Shown here in pieces: positions 57,071 to 64,000 of a stretch of DNA of 64,000 nt; position 1 is the stretch's first letter; each line of letters starts with the position of its first letter. Under the pieces are notes generated by a model, which worked only from the letters and a program-made list of their open reading frames with translations, was not told the origin of the DNA and did not search any database. The translations under genes were made by a program, and so were the position numbers. Source of the stretch: Candidatus Neomicrothrix sp. (GTDB taxonomy: Bacteria; Actinomycetota; Acidimicrobiia; Acidimicrobiales; Aldehydirespiratoraceae). The stretch covers positions 43,127 through 107,126 of the forward strand of contig JAFMKU010000001.1 in the NCBI GenBank assembly GCA_017852795.1. The letters run 5' to 3'.

Positions 57071-58156
57071 TTAGGAAGGTTCAGCCGAAAGCAAGAAGTG
57101 CAGCAACCCGTCGTCATCTCGCCGGCTGGTGGCGTTACCGGTCACCCGCAGATGCTCCAGATGGGCGAAGGTTTCGCTCGCCGCCATATCCCCCCAGGAA
57201 CGTTCACGGAAAAGGATCTTCATCCATTCGGTGACCGGTGCATCGCCGGTCGCTTCGGCTGCGTCGAGGAGGAGTTGAAGCCGTTCAGCGTGATGTTCTT
57301 TGATGAACCCGCAGCGACCTTGGCAATCGTCAAACGGATGTCCGTGGGCGGGAAGCACTTGGGTAACACCGTCAAGTCCGGCCACCCGATCCAAAGAAGC
57401 GAAGAATGTGGCTAGAGGGTCGGCAACGTCGGTCGAACCGGCGATGTGGGGGGTGATGGTGGGAAGGACATGGTCACCGGAGAGCAGCACGCCGTGGGTT
57501 GGGTCCCAGAGGCAGAGGTGATCGATGGTGTGGCCGGGGGTGTGAAGGGCGAACCATTCACGATCGGCGAACGAAAGAGCGTCACCGTCGTTGACCCGGA
57601 TTGTGGCTTCGGGGCTAAGGAAGCGACGGCCGCCGCTGTCGCCCATTTGGATGAACCGGCGAATGGCCTCATCGGGCGGTGGTTCGCGGCGAGTTCCCCA
57701 CGGGGTGGCTCGGAACTCTTCGAACCGACGTTTCCAGCGTTCGAGGATCTCATCTTCGTTGAGGTCATCGATCTCGCTTTCGAGGTCTTCGCTGGCTTCA
57801 GCGGTGAACGACGAGAACGACTGGTGGGTCAGCACGTCGGACCCGGCTTCTTCACGGAGCTGGGCACTGCCGCCGAAGTGGTCGGGGTGGCTGTGGGTCA
57901 CGATGACCGTGTGTACTCGCTTCAACGGGATTTCGGCTTTGGCGAGCCGGTCCATGAGCGCGTTCCAAGATTCTTCACCGGGAAGGCCCGGGTCGACCAA
58001 CGCAACACCGTTGCGGTCGACGAGGGCGTAGCAGTTGACATGGCCAAGCCCCGGAAGCGAAATCGGTAGTTGTAGGCGAAGGATGTTGGGAGCGACCTCG
58101 GTGACTTCGTCGCTCGCGGGTTCCTGTTCCTGCTTGGTGTAGGCCGGTGATGTCAC
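57071..58156 (-). CDS. MBL-fold metallo-hydrolase
   Basis: 361 aa. NCYALVD, VTHSHPDHFGG, HTPGHT. Confidence 0.8.
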   Translation of the reverse strand: MTSPAYTKQEQEPASDEVTEVAPNILRLQLPISLPGLGHVNCYALVDRNGVALVDPGLPGEESWNALMDRLAKAEIPLKRVHTVIVTHSHPDHFGGSAQLREEAGSDVLTHQSFSSFTAEASEDLESEIDDLNEDEILERWKRRFEEFRATPWGTRREPPPDEAIRRFIQMGDSGGRRFLSPEATIRVNDGDALSFADREWFALHTPGHTIDHLCLWDPTHGVLLSGDHVLPTITPHIAGSTDVADPLATFFASLDRVAGLDGVTQVLPAHGHPFDDCQGRCGFIKEHHAERLQLLLDAAEATGDAPVTEWMKILFRERSWGDMAASETFAHLEHLRVTGNATSRRDDDGLLHFLLSAEPS

Positions 58157-58168
58157 AGGAGCACCCTA
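58154..58168 (-). promoter_or_regulatory. Candidate -10 for a leaderless MBL hydrolase transcript
   Basis: Minus strand: TAGGGT (58168-58163), 6 nt, then GTG 58156. The TAG is the orn stop codon. Confidence 0.45.
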
Positions 58169-58714
58169 GGTTGCGCTGGTCGGGTTGGTGAAAAGGGCGG
58201 TCCGGTAGTAGCGCAGTTCTTCAACACTTTCCCGGATGTCGTCGAGGGCTCGGTGAGCTCCCGCTTTCTTCGGAGCTTCGGTCAGCGCTTCAGGGTTCCA
58301 GCGACGGGCCAGTTCTTTGAGCGTGGAAACATCAACCGACCGGTAATGCAGGAAGTTCTCCACGTCGGGAAGGTGGGCGGCGAGGAACCGTCGGTCGGTC
58401 CCAATCGAGTTCCCACACAGTGGAACGGTCATCGGAGCTTTGATGTGTTCGGTAAGAAACGCGAGCGTCTCGGCACCCGCTTGGGCAAGGGTGGTCGAGG
58501 AGGCCTTGATCCGGTCGAGTAGTCCGCTGCGCGTGTGCATCGCCAGCACGGTCTCGTCCATCTCGGCCAGTTCGGTCTCGCTGGCGTGAATGATGAGCTC
58601 GGGACCTTCGGCGATCAGGTTCAGATCGTCGTCGGTGAGCAGCGTTGCGATCTCCACGATGACGTGACGACTCGGTTCAAGCCCGGTCATCTCCAGATCA
58701 ATCCAAGCCAGCAT
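58166..58714 (-). CDS. orn: Oligoribonuclease
   Basis: 182 aa. LAWIDLEMTGL (DEDD exo motif I), CGNSIGTDRRFL, HYRSVDVSTLKELARRW, HRALDDIRESVEEL. Confidence 0.93.
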   Translation of the reverse strand: MLAWIDLEMTGLEPSRHVIVEIATLLTDDDLNLIAEGPELIIHASETELAEMDETVLAMHTRSGLLDRIKASSTTLAQAGAETLAFLTEHIKAPMTVPLCGNSIGTDRRFLAAHLPDVENFLHYRSVDVSTLKELARRWNPEALTEAPKKAGAHRALDDIRESVEELRYYRTALFTNPTSAT

Positions 58715-58727
58715 GGGTCATAGGGTA
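58712..58727 (-). promoter_or_regulatory. Candidate -10 for a leaderless orn transcript
   Basis: Minus strand: TACCCT (58727-58722), 7 nt, then ATG 58714. Confidence 0.4.
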
Positions 58728-58742
58728 GACACTCCGGTCGGC

Positions 58743-58757
58743 TAGTTTCGCTTTGTG
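58743..58757 (+). promoter_or_regulatory. Candidate -10 for a leaderless dut transcript
   Basis: TAGTTT (58743-58748), 6 nt, then GTG 58755. No SD. Confidence 0.5.
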
Positions 58758-59192
58758 ACTGATTTGCCCGTACTTCGACTGGACCCCGACCTTCCCCTAC
58801 CGGCCTATGCCCGGGCGGGTGATGCGGGGATCGACCTGCTGGCCCGTGAAGACATGGTGCTGGCTCCGGGTGGCGGCCGAGGGCTGATCGCCACCGGGAT
58901 CGCGATTGCCTTACCGGAGGGATACGCCGGGTTCGTGCAACCCCGCAGCGGCCTCGCGGTCAAGCACGGGGTGACGTGTCTCAACACTCCGGGACTGATC
59001 GATTCGGGGTATCGAGGCGAATTAAAGGTCTGCCTGATCAACCATGACCCGACCGAACCGTTCGAGGTTCGCCGTGGCGAACGAATTGCTCAACTGGTGG
59101 TGCAAGCAGTCGAGCACGTCACCTTTGTGGAGGTCGACACCCTGGACGAAAGCGAGCGAGGCGACCAGGGTTTCGGTTCCAGCGGGCGCTAA
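58755..59192 (+). CDS. dut: dUTP diphosphatase
   Basis: 145 aa. [46 protein letters not shown]. Confidence 0.93.
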   Translation: MTDLPVLRLDPDLPLPAYARAGDAGIDLLAREDMVLAPGGGRGLIATGIAIALPEGYAGFVQPRSGLAVKHGVTCLNTPGLIDSGYRGELKVCLINHDPTEPFEVRRGERIAQLVVQAVEHVTFVEVDTLDESERGDQGFGSSGR

Positions 59193-59566
59193 ACCTCGGC
59201 CCGAGCCCGTTGCTTGGTGAGACGCATCTGCCCGTCAGCGGGCGACAGCGTGAAGCCCGACACCAGATCGGAGCACTCTCGTTGGAACACCGCAACTGCG
59301 TCGTCGGGCCAGGAACGAACCCCGGGTCGGGTGAGATTGATGCGGAGTTCATCGGTTTCAGCCACAAACTCGATGTGCATCTGTTCGTCACCCGCTGAAG
59401 ACAGCAACAATTCGATAGCCCCGTCGATTGCGGTCCGCAGTTCATCGATTTCGGCGAACGAAAAACCGCAGCGCAACCCGATCGCGGCACCACCGACGCG
59501 GACGATCTGGTCGCATTCGGGGCGAGCCGGGAGCGTCAAGCTCACGGTGTCGGGTTCGACAGGCAC
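59189..59566 (-). CDS. Hypothetical ~125 aa protein (weak anti-sigma/HATPase_c_2-like N-terminal pattern); start uncertain
   Basis: ORF 59189..59734; only the part downstream of GTG 59566 lies outside the opposite-strand DUF4031 gene. [48 protein letters not shown]. No SD or -10 seen for this start. Confidence 0.4.
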   Translation of the reverse strand: MPVEPDTVSLTLPARPECDQIVRVGGAAIGLRCGFSFAEIDELRTAIDGAIELLLSSAGDEQMHIEFVAETDELRINLTRPGVRSWPDDAVAVFQRECSDLVSGFTLSPADGQMRLTKQRARAEV

Positions 59567-59609
59567 GGCGGAAAGCTTGCCATGTCTTCGTGCCGAGCGA
59601 CAGCGCAGA

Positions 59610-59624
59610 TAGCGTGCCGGAGTG
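59610..59624 (+). promoter_or_regulatory. Candidate -10 for a leaderless DUF4031 gene transcript
   Basis: TAGCGT (59610-59615), 6 nt, then GTG 59622. No SD. Confidence 0.5.
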
Positions 59625-60212
59625 GCTGTGCTCGTTGACACCGCGAATTGGCAGTGGCGAGGTCGGCGCTGGGCGCATCTGGTGAGCGACGTTTCGTTCG
59701 AAGAATTGCACGACTTCGCGCGGTTGTTGGGCAAGCGACGGCTCGGCTTCCAAGGCGACCACTATGACGTCGATCAGGACGAACGGCTGCGGGCAGTTTC
59801 GTTGGGGGCCGAACCGGTCGACAGCCGAGAGTTGGTTGGCCGACTCCGTCACGCGGGGCTGCGCCGCCGAAACGCGAAACCGAGTTGGCAACGCCTCGGC
59901 TACGCGGGGCCGGGTACTTCACTGGAAGTCAGCAGCCGGTTGGTGACCTTTGGTGAACCAGGAATGCGTCTGCGGGAAGCGTTGCGGTTCGCAGAAGGGT
60001 TGGATCGCCTGAGCCGATCGGCGCTCTACGTCGATGAGGTTTACCTCGTTGCCCTCTTTGACTGGGTTGGTCCGGCCGCCAGCCTGAACCTCCCAATGCT
60101 GGACCAGGCGTGGGCCGGGGAACCGAGAGTTGATGGTGAACGAAGCCTGGAACTGTTCGTGGCTCGCGAACTCGCAGCCGACAATCGGGTCGAACCGCGG
60201 CGAGGAAGTTAA
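59622..60212 (+). CDS. DUF4031 domain protein with ~110 aa C-terminal extension
   Basis: N-terminus WRGRRWAHLVSDVSFEELHDFARLLG...FQGDHYDV matches my recollection of the DUF4031 signature. The C-terminal half is unassigned. Confidence 0.7.
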   Translation: MAVLVDTANWQWRGRRWAHLVSDVSFEELHDFARLLGKRRLGFQGDHYDVDQDERLRAVSLGAEPVDSRELVGRLRHAGLRRRNAKPSWQRLGYAGPGTSLEVSSRLVTFGEPGMRLREALRFAEGLDRLSRSALYVDEVYLVALFDWVGPAASLNLPMLDQAWAGEPRVDGERSLELFVARELAADNRVEPRRGS

Positions 60213-60254
60213 CAACGAACCGGGGGGCCGTCACTGCCGATAGCCTGCGTAGCT

Positions 60255-61490
60255 GTGTCCCTTCTTGTGCAGAAGTTCGGAGGCACCTCGGTCGGGGATC
60301 CGGACCGGATCCGAGAGGTAGCCGATCATGTCGCCCGTTGTCTTCGACGCGGGGATCAGGTCGTGCTTGTCGTCTCGGCGATGGGGAAAGAAACCGACGA
60401 ACTGCTCCGTCTCGCCGATGAAGTCAGCCGGACCAAACCAGGCCGCGAGATGGACATGCTGATTACCGGCGGCGAACGCAAAGCTTGTGCGTTGGTGGCG
60501 ATGGCGCTCAGCGACCTTGGGGTTGAAAGCGAGTCGTTCACTGGGAGCCAAGCGGGTTTTCTGACCGACACCACTCATCGTGACGCCAAGATCCTTGAAG
60601 TCAACCCGCATCGGATCACGGAGGCCCTCAACGCAGGCAAAGTGCCGGTGGTCGGAGGAAGCCAAGGTGTTTCCACCAGCAATGACGTGACCTTCTTTGG
60701 CCGCGGTGGTTCCGATACCACCGCAGTGGCGTTGGCCCATGCGCTAGATGCGGATGCCTGCGAGCTCTACACCGACGTGCCGGGGGTGTTCACCACCGAC
60801 CCCCGCATGGTTCCCTCGGCTCGCAAGCTCGATCAGATCTCGTTCGACGAATTGCTTGAAATGACCGCAACGGGCTGCCCGAAGCCGGCAATGCGGTCGG
60901 TTGAATTGGCCCGAAGCTACGGAGTGCGCCTCCATGTGCGAAGCGCATTCAGTTGGGTTCCAGGAACATGGGTCGCGAAGGAGGCCATCGTGGAAAACGC
61001 AATTGTCACCGCGGTAACGCTTGACACGTCAGAAGCAAAGATGACCGTTACCGGGGTTTCGGACCGCCCGGGCGTCGCGGCGTCGCTGTTTCGGACGCTG
61101 GCCGGCAGTGGCGTCAATGTGGACATGATCGTGCAGAACGTGTCGGCAGAAGGCGCGACCGACATCAGCTTCACCCTTCCTCATGAGCAGGTAGCGATAG
61201 CCACGCCGGTGGTTGAATCGCTGTTGGCCGACGTTGGGGCCTCAGCGGCGGTCATGGACACCGCGATCGCCCGGGTCAGCTTGATTGGAGCGGGGATGCA
61301 AACCAACCCTGGGGTCGCAGCCACCATGTTTGAGACGTTGGCCGGTGCCGAGATCAACATCGAAATGATCTCCACGTCGGCGATCCGGATTTCGTGTGTT
61401 GTCCGTGAAGCACGAGCGGAGGAAGCCGTCGCAGCACTTCACGACGCGTTCGAACTCGACAAGGACCCGGCTGATCGCCGACTGGTCTAA
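60255..61490 (+). CDS. ask: Aspartate kinase (alpha subunit; kinase domain plus two ACT domains)
   Basis: 411 aa. VQKFGGTSVG, VVVSAMGKETD, GGSDTTAVALA, and two ACT repeats at the C-terminus. Confidence 0.95.
   Translation: MSLLVQKFGGTSVGDPDRIREVADHVARCLRRGDQVVLVVSAMGKETDELLRLADEVSRTKPGREMDMLITGGERKACALVAMALSDLGVESESFTGSQAGFLTDTTHRDAKILEVNPHRITEALNAGKVPVVGGSQGVSTSNDVTFFGRGGSDTTAVALAHALDADACELYTDVPGVFTTDPRMVPSARKLDQISFDELLEMTATGCPKPAMRSVELARSYGVRLHVRSAFSWVPGTWVAKEAIVENAIVTAVTLDTSEAKMTVTGVSDRPGVAASLFRTLAGSGVNVDMIVQNVSAEGATDISFTLPHEQVAIATPVVESLLADVGASAAVMDTAIARVSLIGAGMQTNPGVAATMFETLAGAEINIEMISTSAIRISCVVREARAEEAVAALHDAFELDKDPADRRLV
60978..60992 (+). promoter_or_regulatory. ask: Internal SD plus in-frame GTG for an aspartate kinase beta subunit (60990..61490)
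   Basis: AAGGAGG (60978-60984), 5 nt, then GTG 60990, in frame with ask. This would give a 166 aa ACT-domain-only product. Confidence 0.5.
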
Positions 61491-61514
61491 CCAAAGCACA
61501 GGGACGGTGACCGG

Positions 61515-62132
61515 ATGGATCTGACCACGCTGATCACACCGGAGAGCACCGCGGTGTTGACGATGGAACTTCAGCGAGGCGTCGTTGGAGATCTGGCGGC
61601 ACTACCCGACCTTCGGGACGCGGCCGCTGAAGTCTCGATGCTGGACAACGCCGGGAAGATCTGCCGGGCCGCCCGGGCCAAAGGAGCCACCGTGGTGCAC
61701 TGCACCGCCGGGTTTCGTCCCGATCGGCAAGGCTCCAGCAACAACGCCCGCATCTTGACTGCGTCGGCTCGGCTCAACGGTGATCGACTCGACGTCGGGC
61801 ATCCCGGTACGGAATTGGTCGAAGAACTCGATCAACAACCAGGTGATCTCGTGGTGCCGCGAAGCCACGGGCTCACACCGTTTGTTGCTACCGAACTTGA
61901 CCAACTCCTGCGCAACACCGGAACCCGTACCGTCGTGGCGGTCGGCAATTCACTCAACATCGGTGTGCTGGGTTTGGTGCTGTGCGCGGTGGATCTTGGC
62001 TATCAGGTCGTTGTTCCTCGCGATGCGGTGGTGGGGGTCCCGGTTGCCTACGGCGACGCGGTGATGGCGAACACCATCTCGTTGTTGGCTACCGTGGCCA
62101 GCACCGACGAAGTCATCGCAGCCTGGGCATAG
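61515..62132 (+). CDS. Isochorismatase-family cysteine hydrolase
   Basis: 205 aa. Family-like pattern: TAVLTMELQ.G, VVHC, and VVAVGNSLNIGVLGLVLCAVDLGYQVVVPRDAV (catalytic Cys region). Confidence 0.8.
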   Translation: MDLTTLITPESTAVLTMELQRGVVGDLAALPDLRDAAAEVSMLDNAGKICRAARAKGATVVHCTAGFRPDRQGSSNNARILTASARLNGDRLDVGHPGTELVEELDQQPGDLVVPRSHGLTPFVATELDQLLRNTGTRTVVAVGNSLNIGVLGLVLCAVDLGYQVVVPRDAVVGVPVAYGDAVMANTISLLATVASTDEVIAAWA

Positions 62133-62178
62133 TTTTTCTCGGCCGGCCGACCGGTTTCGGTGGGGGCCTGTGACGAAG

Positions 62179-63906
62179 TTACCCGGCGAGAACCGTGTCG
62201 GTATCGGTACCGGAACGCATCACTCGACCCGGCAAGGCGTCGGTGGCCTGACCGTCGATCACGGTGGTGACACCGTTGACCATGACCCGTCGGATGCCGG
62301 TGGCCTGGCTCCAAAGCCGTCGGCTGTCACCGGGCAGATCGAACACCAATTCAAGGTCAGTCGAACCAACCTCATCGAGGTTGATGATGACCACGTCGGC
62401 ATGGAACCCTTCGGCGATTCGTCCTCGGTCCCGAAGGCCAAACAGCCGAGCCGGGACATCGGTCAGATGCCGGATGGCGTTTTCGACGCTAGTGAGCTGC
62501 CGGCCATGAACACAGTCAGCAATCCACGAGGTCGTATACGGGGCGCCGGCCATGCGGTCGAGGTGAGCACCAGCGTCGGAACCACCGATCATCACCGCAG
62601 GGTGGTCCCAGGCTTGAGCACGTAGGCGCCATGACTCGGCGTCGTCGTCGGTTGCCGAAGGCCACCAGACGGTCTTGAGATCGTCGTTGAGGGCGATCTC
62701 AACCATGGTGTGAAAGGCGCGCTGGCCCCGTTCGCGGGCGATGTCACCCACGACCCGGCCTTTGAGTCCGGCGTTGGCGTCGCTGTAGGTATCGCCAACG
62801 ACGTAGGTGTCCCAACCGGTCAACCGGGAGAACACTCCGGCCTCGGGAAGCGCGGCCTGATTCTCCAACCAGGTCACGATCGAAGGGTCACGCAGCTTTT
62901 CGCTGCGTTCGGCGATGTCGAGGCCGAAGATGGATTTCCATTCGGGAAGCTGATGCAGCGCACAGAACGTCCCGAGGCTCATGTTCATCCCGACCAGGAT
63001 CGGCATGGTGAGAGCAACGACCTTGGCACCGTTGGCGTTGGCCTGTTCACAGGCTTCGATCTGGTTGCGGTACGCCTCCGGTCGAGCCGAGTCGATGGTG
63101 AGCACGTTCCAATTGAGGGGCCGGCGGCCTTCGACCGACATGCGGGTCATCAGGTCAACTTCGTCTTCGGTGAAGCCGTTGAGGCAACCGTCGGCTACCC
63201 ACTCCAAGGTGGTTCCTTCGTGTTCGCCAGTTTCACGACAGAGTTCAAGCACTTCTTCCCAGCTCGCCCACCGGCTGGGAACCGGGTTTCCGTCCCAGTC
63301 GTTGTGGGTGAACGACCGACCGGTCGAGAAACCGAGCCCACCTGCTTCGATCGACTCGCGAAGGATCTGCTTCATTTCCGCCACTTGCTCAGGGCTGGCT
63401 TCGGCGCCAACCGCGTCGTCTTTCATCACCATGCGACGCAGCGCGCAATGCCCAACGAGGAAGCCCACGTTGATGGCGGTTCCGTTCTCGTCGACCCGGT
63501 CAAGGTATTCGCCGAACGTGTTCCAGTTCCACGGGACGCCCTGTTCGAGTGCCTCTAGCGCCATGCCTTCGACCTTGACCATCATTCGACGCAGGTACTC
63601 GCCGTCGGACGGGTCACCGAGCGGGGCCAAGGTGAAGCCACAGTTGCCAGCGATCATTGAGGTCACACCGAACAGGTTCGAAGGGGTCGCCCGAGGATCC
63701 CAGAACAGTTGAGCGTCGTAATGGGTGTGGGGGTCGACGAAACCGGGACAGACAACTTGGCCGCGAGCGTCGATGACCTCAGTGGCCTCTTCGGTCACGG
63801 TTCCGATGGCGACGATCCGCCCATCGCGAATACCGACATCGGCGATGCGACCTTCGGCACCGCTGCCGTCGATCACGGTTCCACCCTGAATGAGAACGTC
63901 GAGCAT
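62179..63906 (-). CDS. N-acyl-D-amino-acid deacylase (D-aminoacylase) family amidohydrolase
   Basis: ORF 62179..63975; ATG 63906 preferred (MLDVLIQGGTVIDGSG) with a GGGAG SD. PGFVDPHTHYD metal-binding motif. Confidence 0.88.
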   Translation of the reverse strand: MLDVLIQGGTVIDGSGAEGRIADVGIRDGRIVAIGTVTEEATEVIDARGQVVCPGFVDPHTHYDAQLFWDPRATPSNLFGVTSMIAGNCGFTLAPLGDPSDGEYLRRMMVKVEGMALEALEQGVPWNWNTFGEYLDRVDENGTAINVGFLVGHCALRRMVMKDDAVGAEASPEQVAEMKQILRESIEAGGLGFSTGRSFTHNDWDGNPVPSRWASWEEVLELCRETGEHEGTTLEWVADGCLNGFTEDEVDLMTRMSVEGRRPLNWNVLTIDSARPEAYRNQIEACEQANANGAKVVALTMPILVGMNMSLGTFCALHQLPEWKSIFGLDIAERSEKLRDPSIVTWLENQAALPEAGVFSRLTGWDTYVVGDTYSDANAGLKGRVVGDIARERGQRAFHTMVEIALNDDLKTVWWPSATDDDAESWRLRAQAWDHPAVMIGGSDAGAHLDRMAGAPYTTSWIADCVHGRQLTSVENAIRHLTDVPARLFGLRDRGRIAEGFHADVVIINLDEVGSTDLELVFDLPGDSRRLWSQATGIRRVMVNGVTTVIDGQATDALPGRVMRSGTDTDTVLAG

Positions 63907-64000
63907 GTTTTCTCCCGTTACGTGTTTGCCCACAGCGTAGGCGCAACCGACCAAAGCTGACGACCCGTCAGACACGGAGTCAAGGCGTACCTCTGGTGTG

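Noticed and set aside
62147-62158. Perfect 12-nt palindrome TCGGCCGGCCGA in the convergent gap after the isochorismatase-family gene, considered as an intrinsic terminator.
   Set aside because: The T-run precedes the palindrome on the plus strand, and an A-run follows it on the minus strand. Neither orientation gives a hairpin followed by a U-tract, and the stem is only 6 bp with no loop.

Overview
High-GC chromosomal segment with actinobacterial gene content and synteny. The class may be Acidimicrobiia, but that is a guess from the caa3-type oxidase, the single PASTA kinase and the very compact intergenic regions. I support about 62 protein genes and 4 tRNAs (Leu-CAG, and a Glu-Asp-Phe cluster). 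I see no transposase, integrase, prophage or CRISPR, so this looks like core genome rather than an accessory island.

Main blocks, in order:
- hrpB (partial), a FEN-like exonuclease and an HD hydrolase.
- pccB with a small accE that the ORF track misses.
- pheA.
- A coupled operon of a desaturase, a PaaX-like regulator and an MBL hydrolase.
- fhaA-fhaB-pstP-rodA-pbpA-pknB next to trpG.
- A fused membrane/HdrD-like Fe-S reductase.
- An OmpR-type winged-helix regulator plus amt.
- gpmA.
- The HspR regulon: dnaK-grpE-dnaJ-hspR, a GT4 glycosyltransferase and clpB, with HAIR-like operators.
- purA, purB, a malic enzyme and a FadH-like reductase.
- clpS with a DUF2017 gene, coupled to ctaA.
- A Bacillus-like ctaA/ctaB-ctaCDEFG caa3 oxidase locus.
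- serS, a crcB pair, pdxH, tlpA-ccdA, orn, dut, ask and a D-aminoacylase.

Most interesting observation: three translationally coupled genes lie between ctaB and ctaC. They encode a full-length paralogue of oxidase subunit I in which all six canonical His metal ligands and the proton-channel residues are replaced, a subunit-III-like protein, and a subunit-IV-like membrane protein. Together they look like a redox-dead 'shadow' oxidase module in the same operon as an intact caa3 oxidase.

Second theme: many first-in-operon genes carry a TAnnnT hexamer 5-7 nt (mostly exactly 6) upstream of the start codon and have no Shine-Dalgarno sequence. This implies pervasive leaderless transcription and helps to fix start codons.

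All calls come from reading the translations and the sequence by eye. No database search was run.
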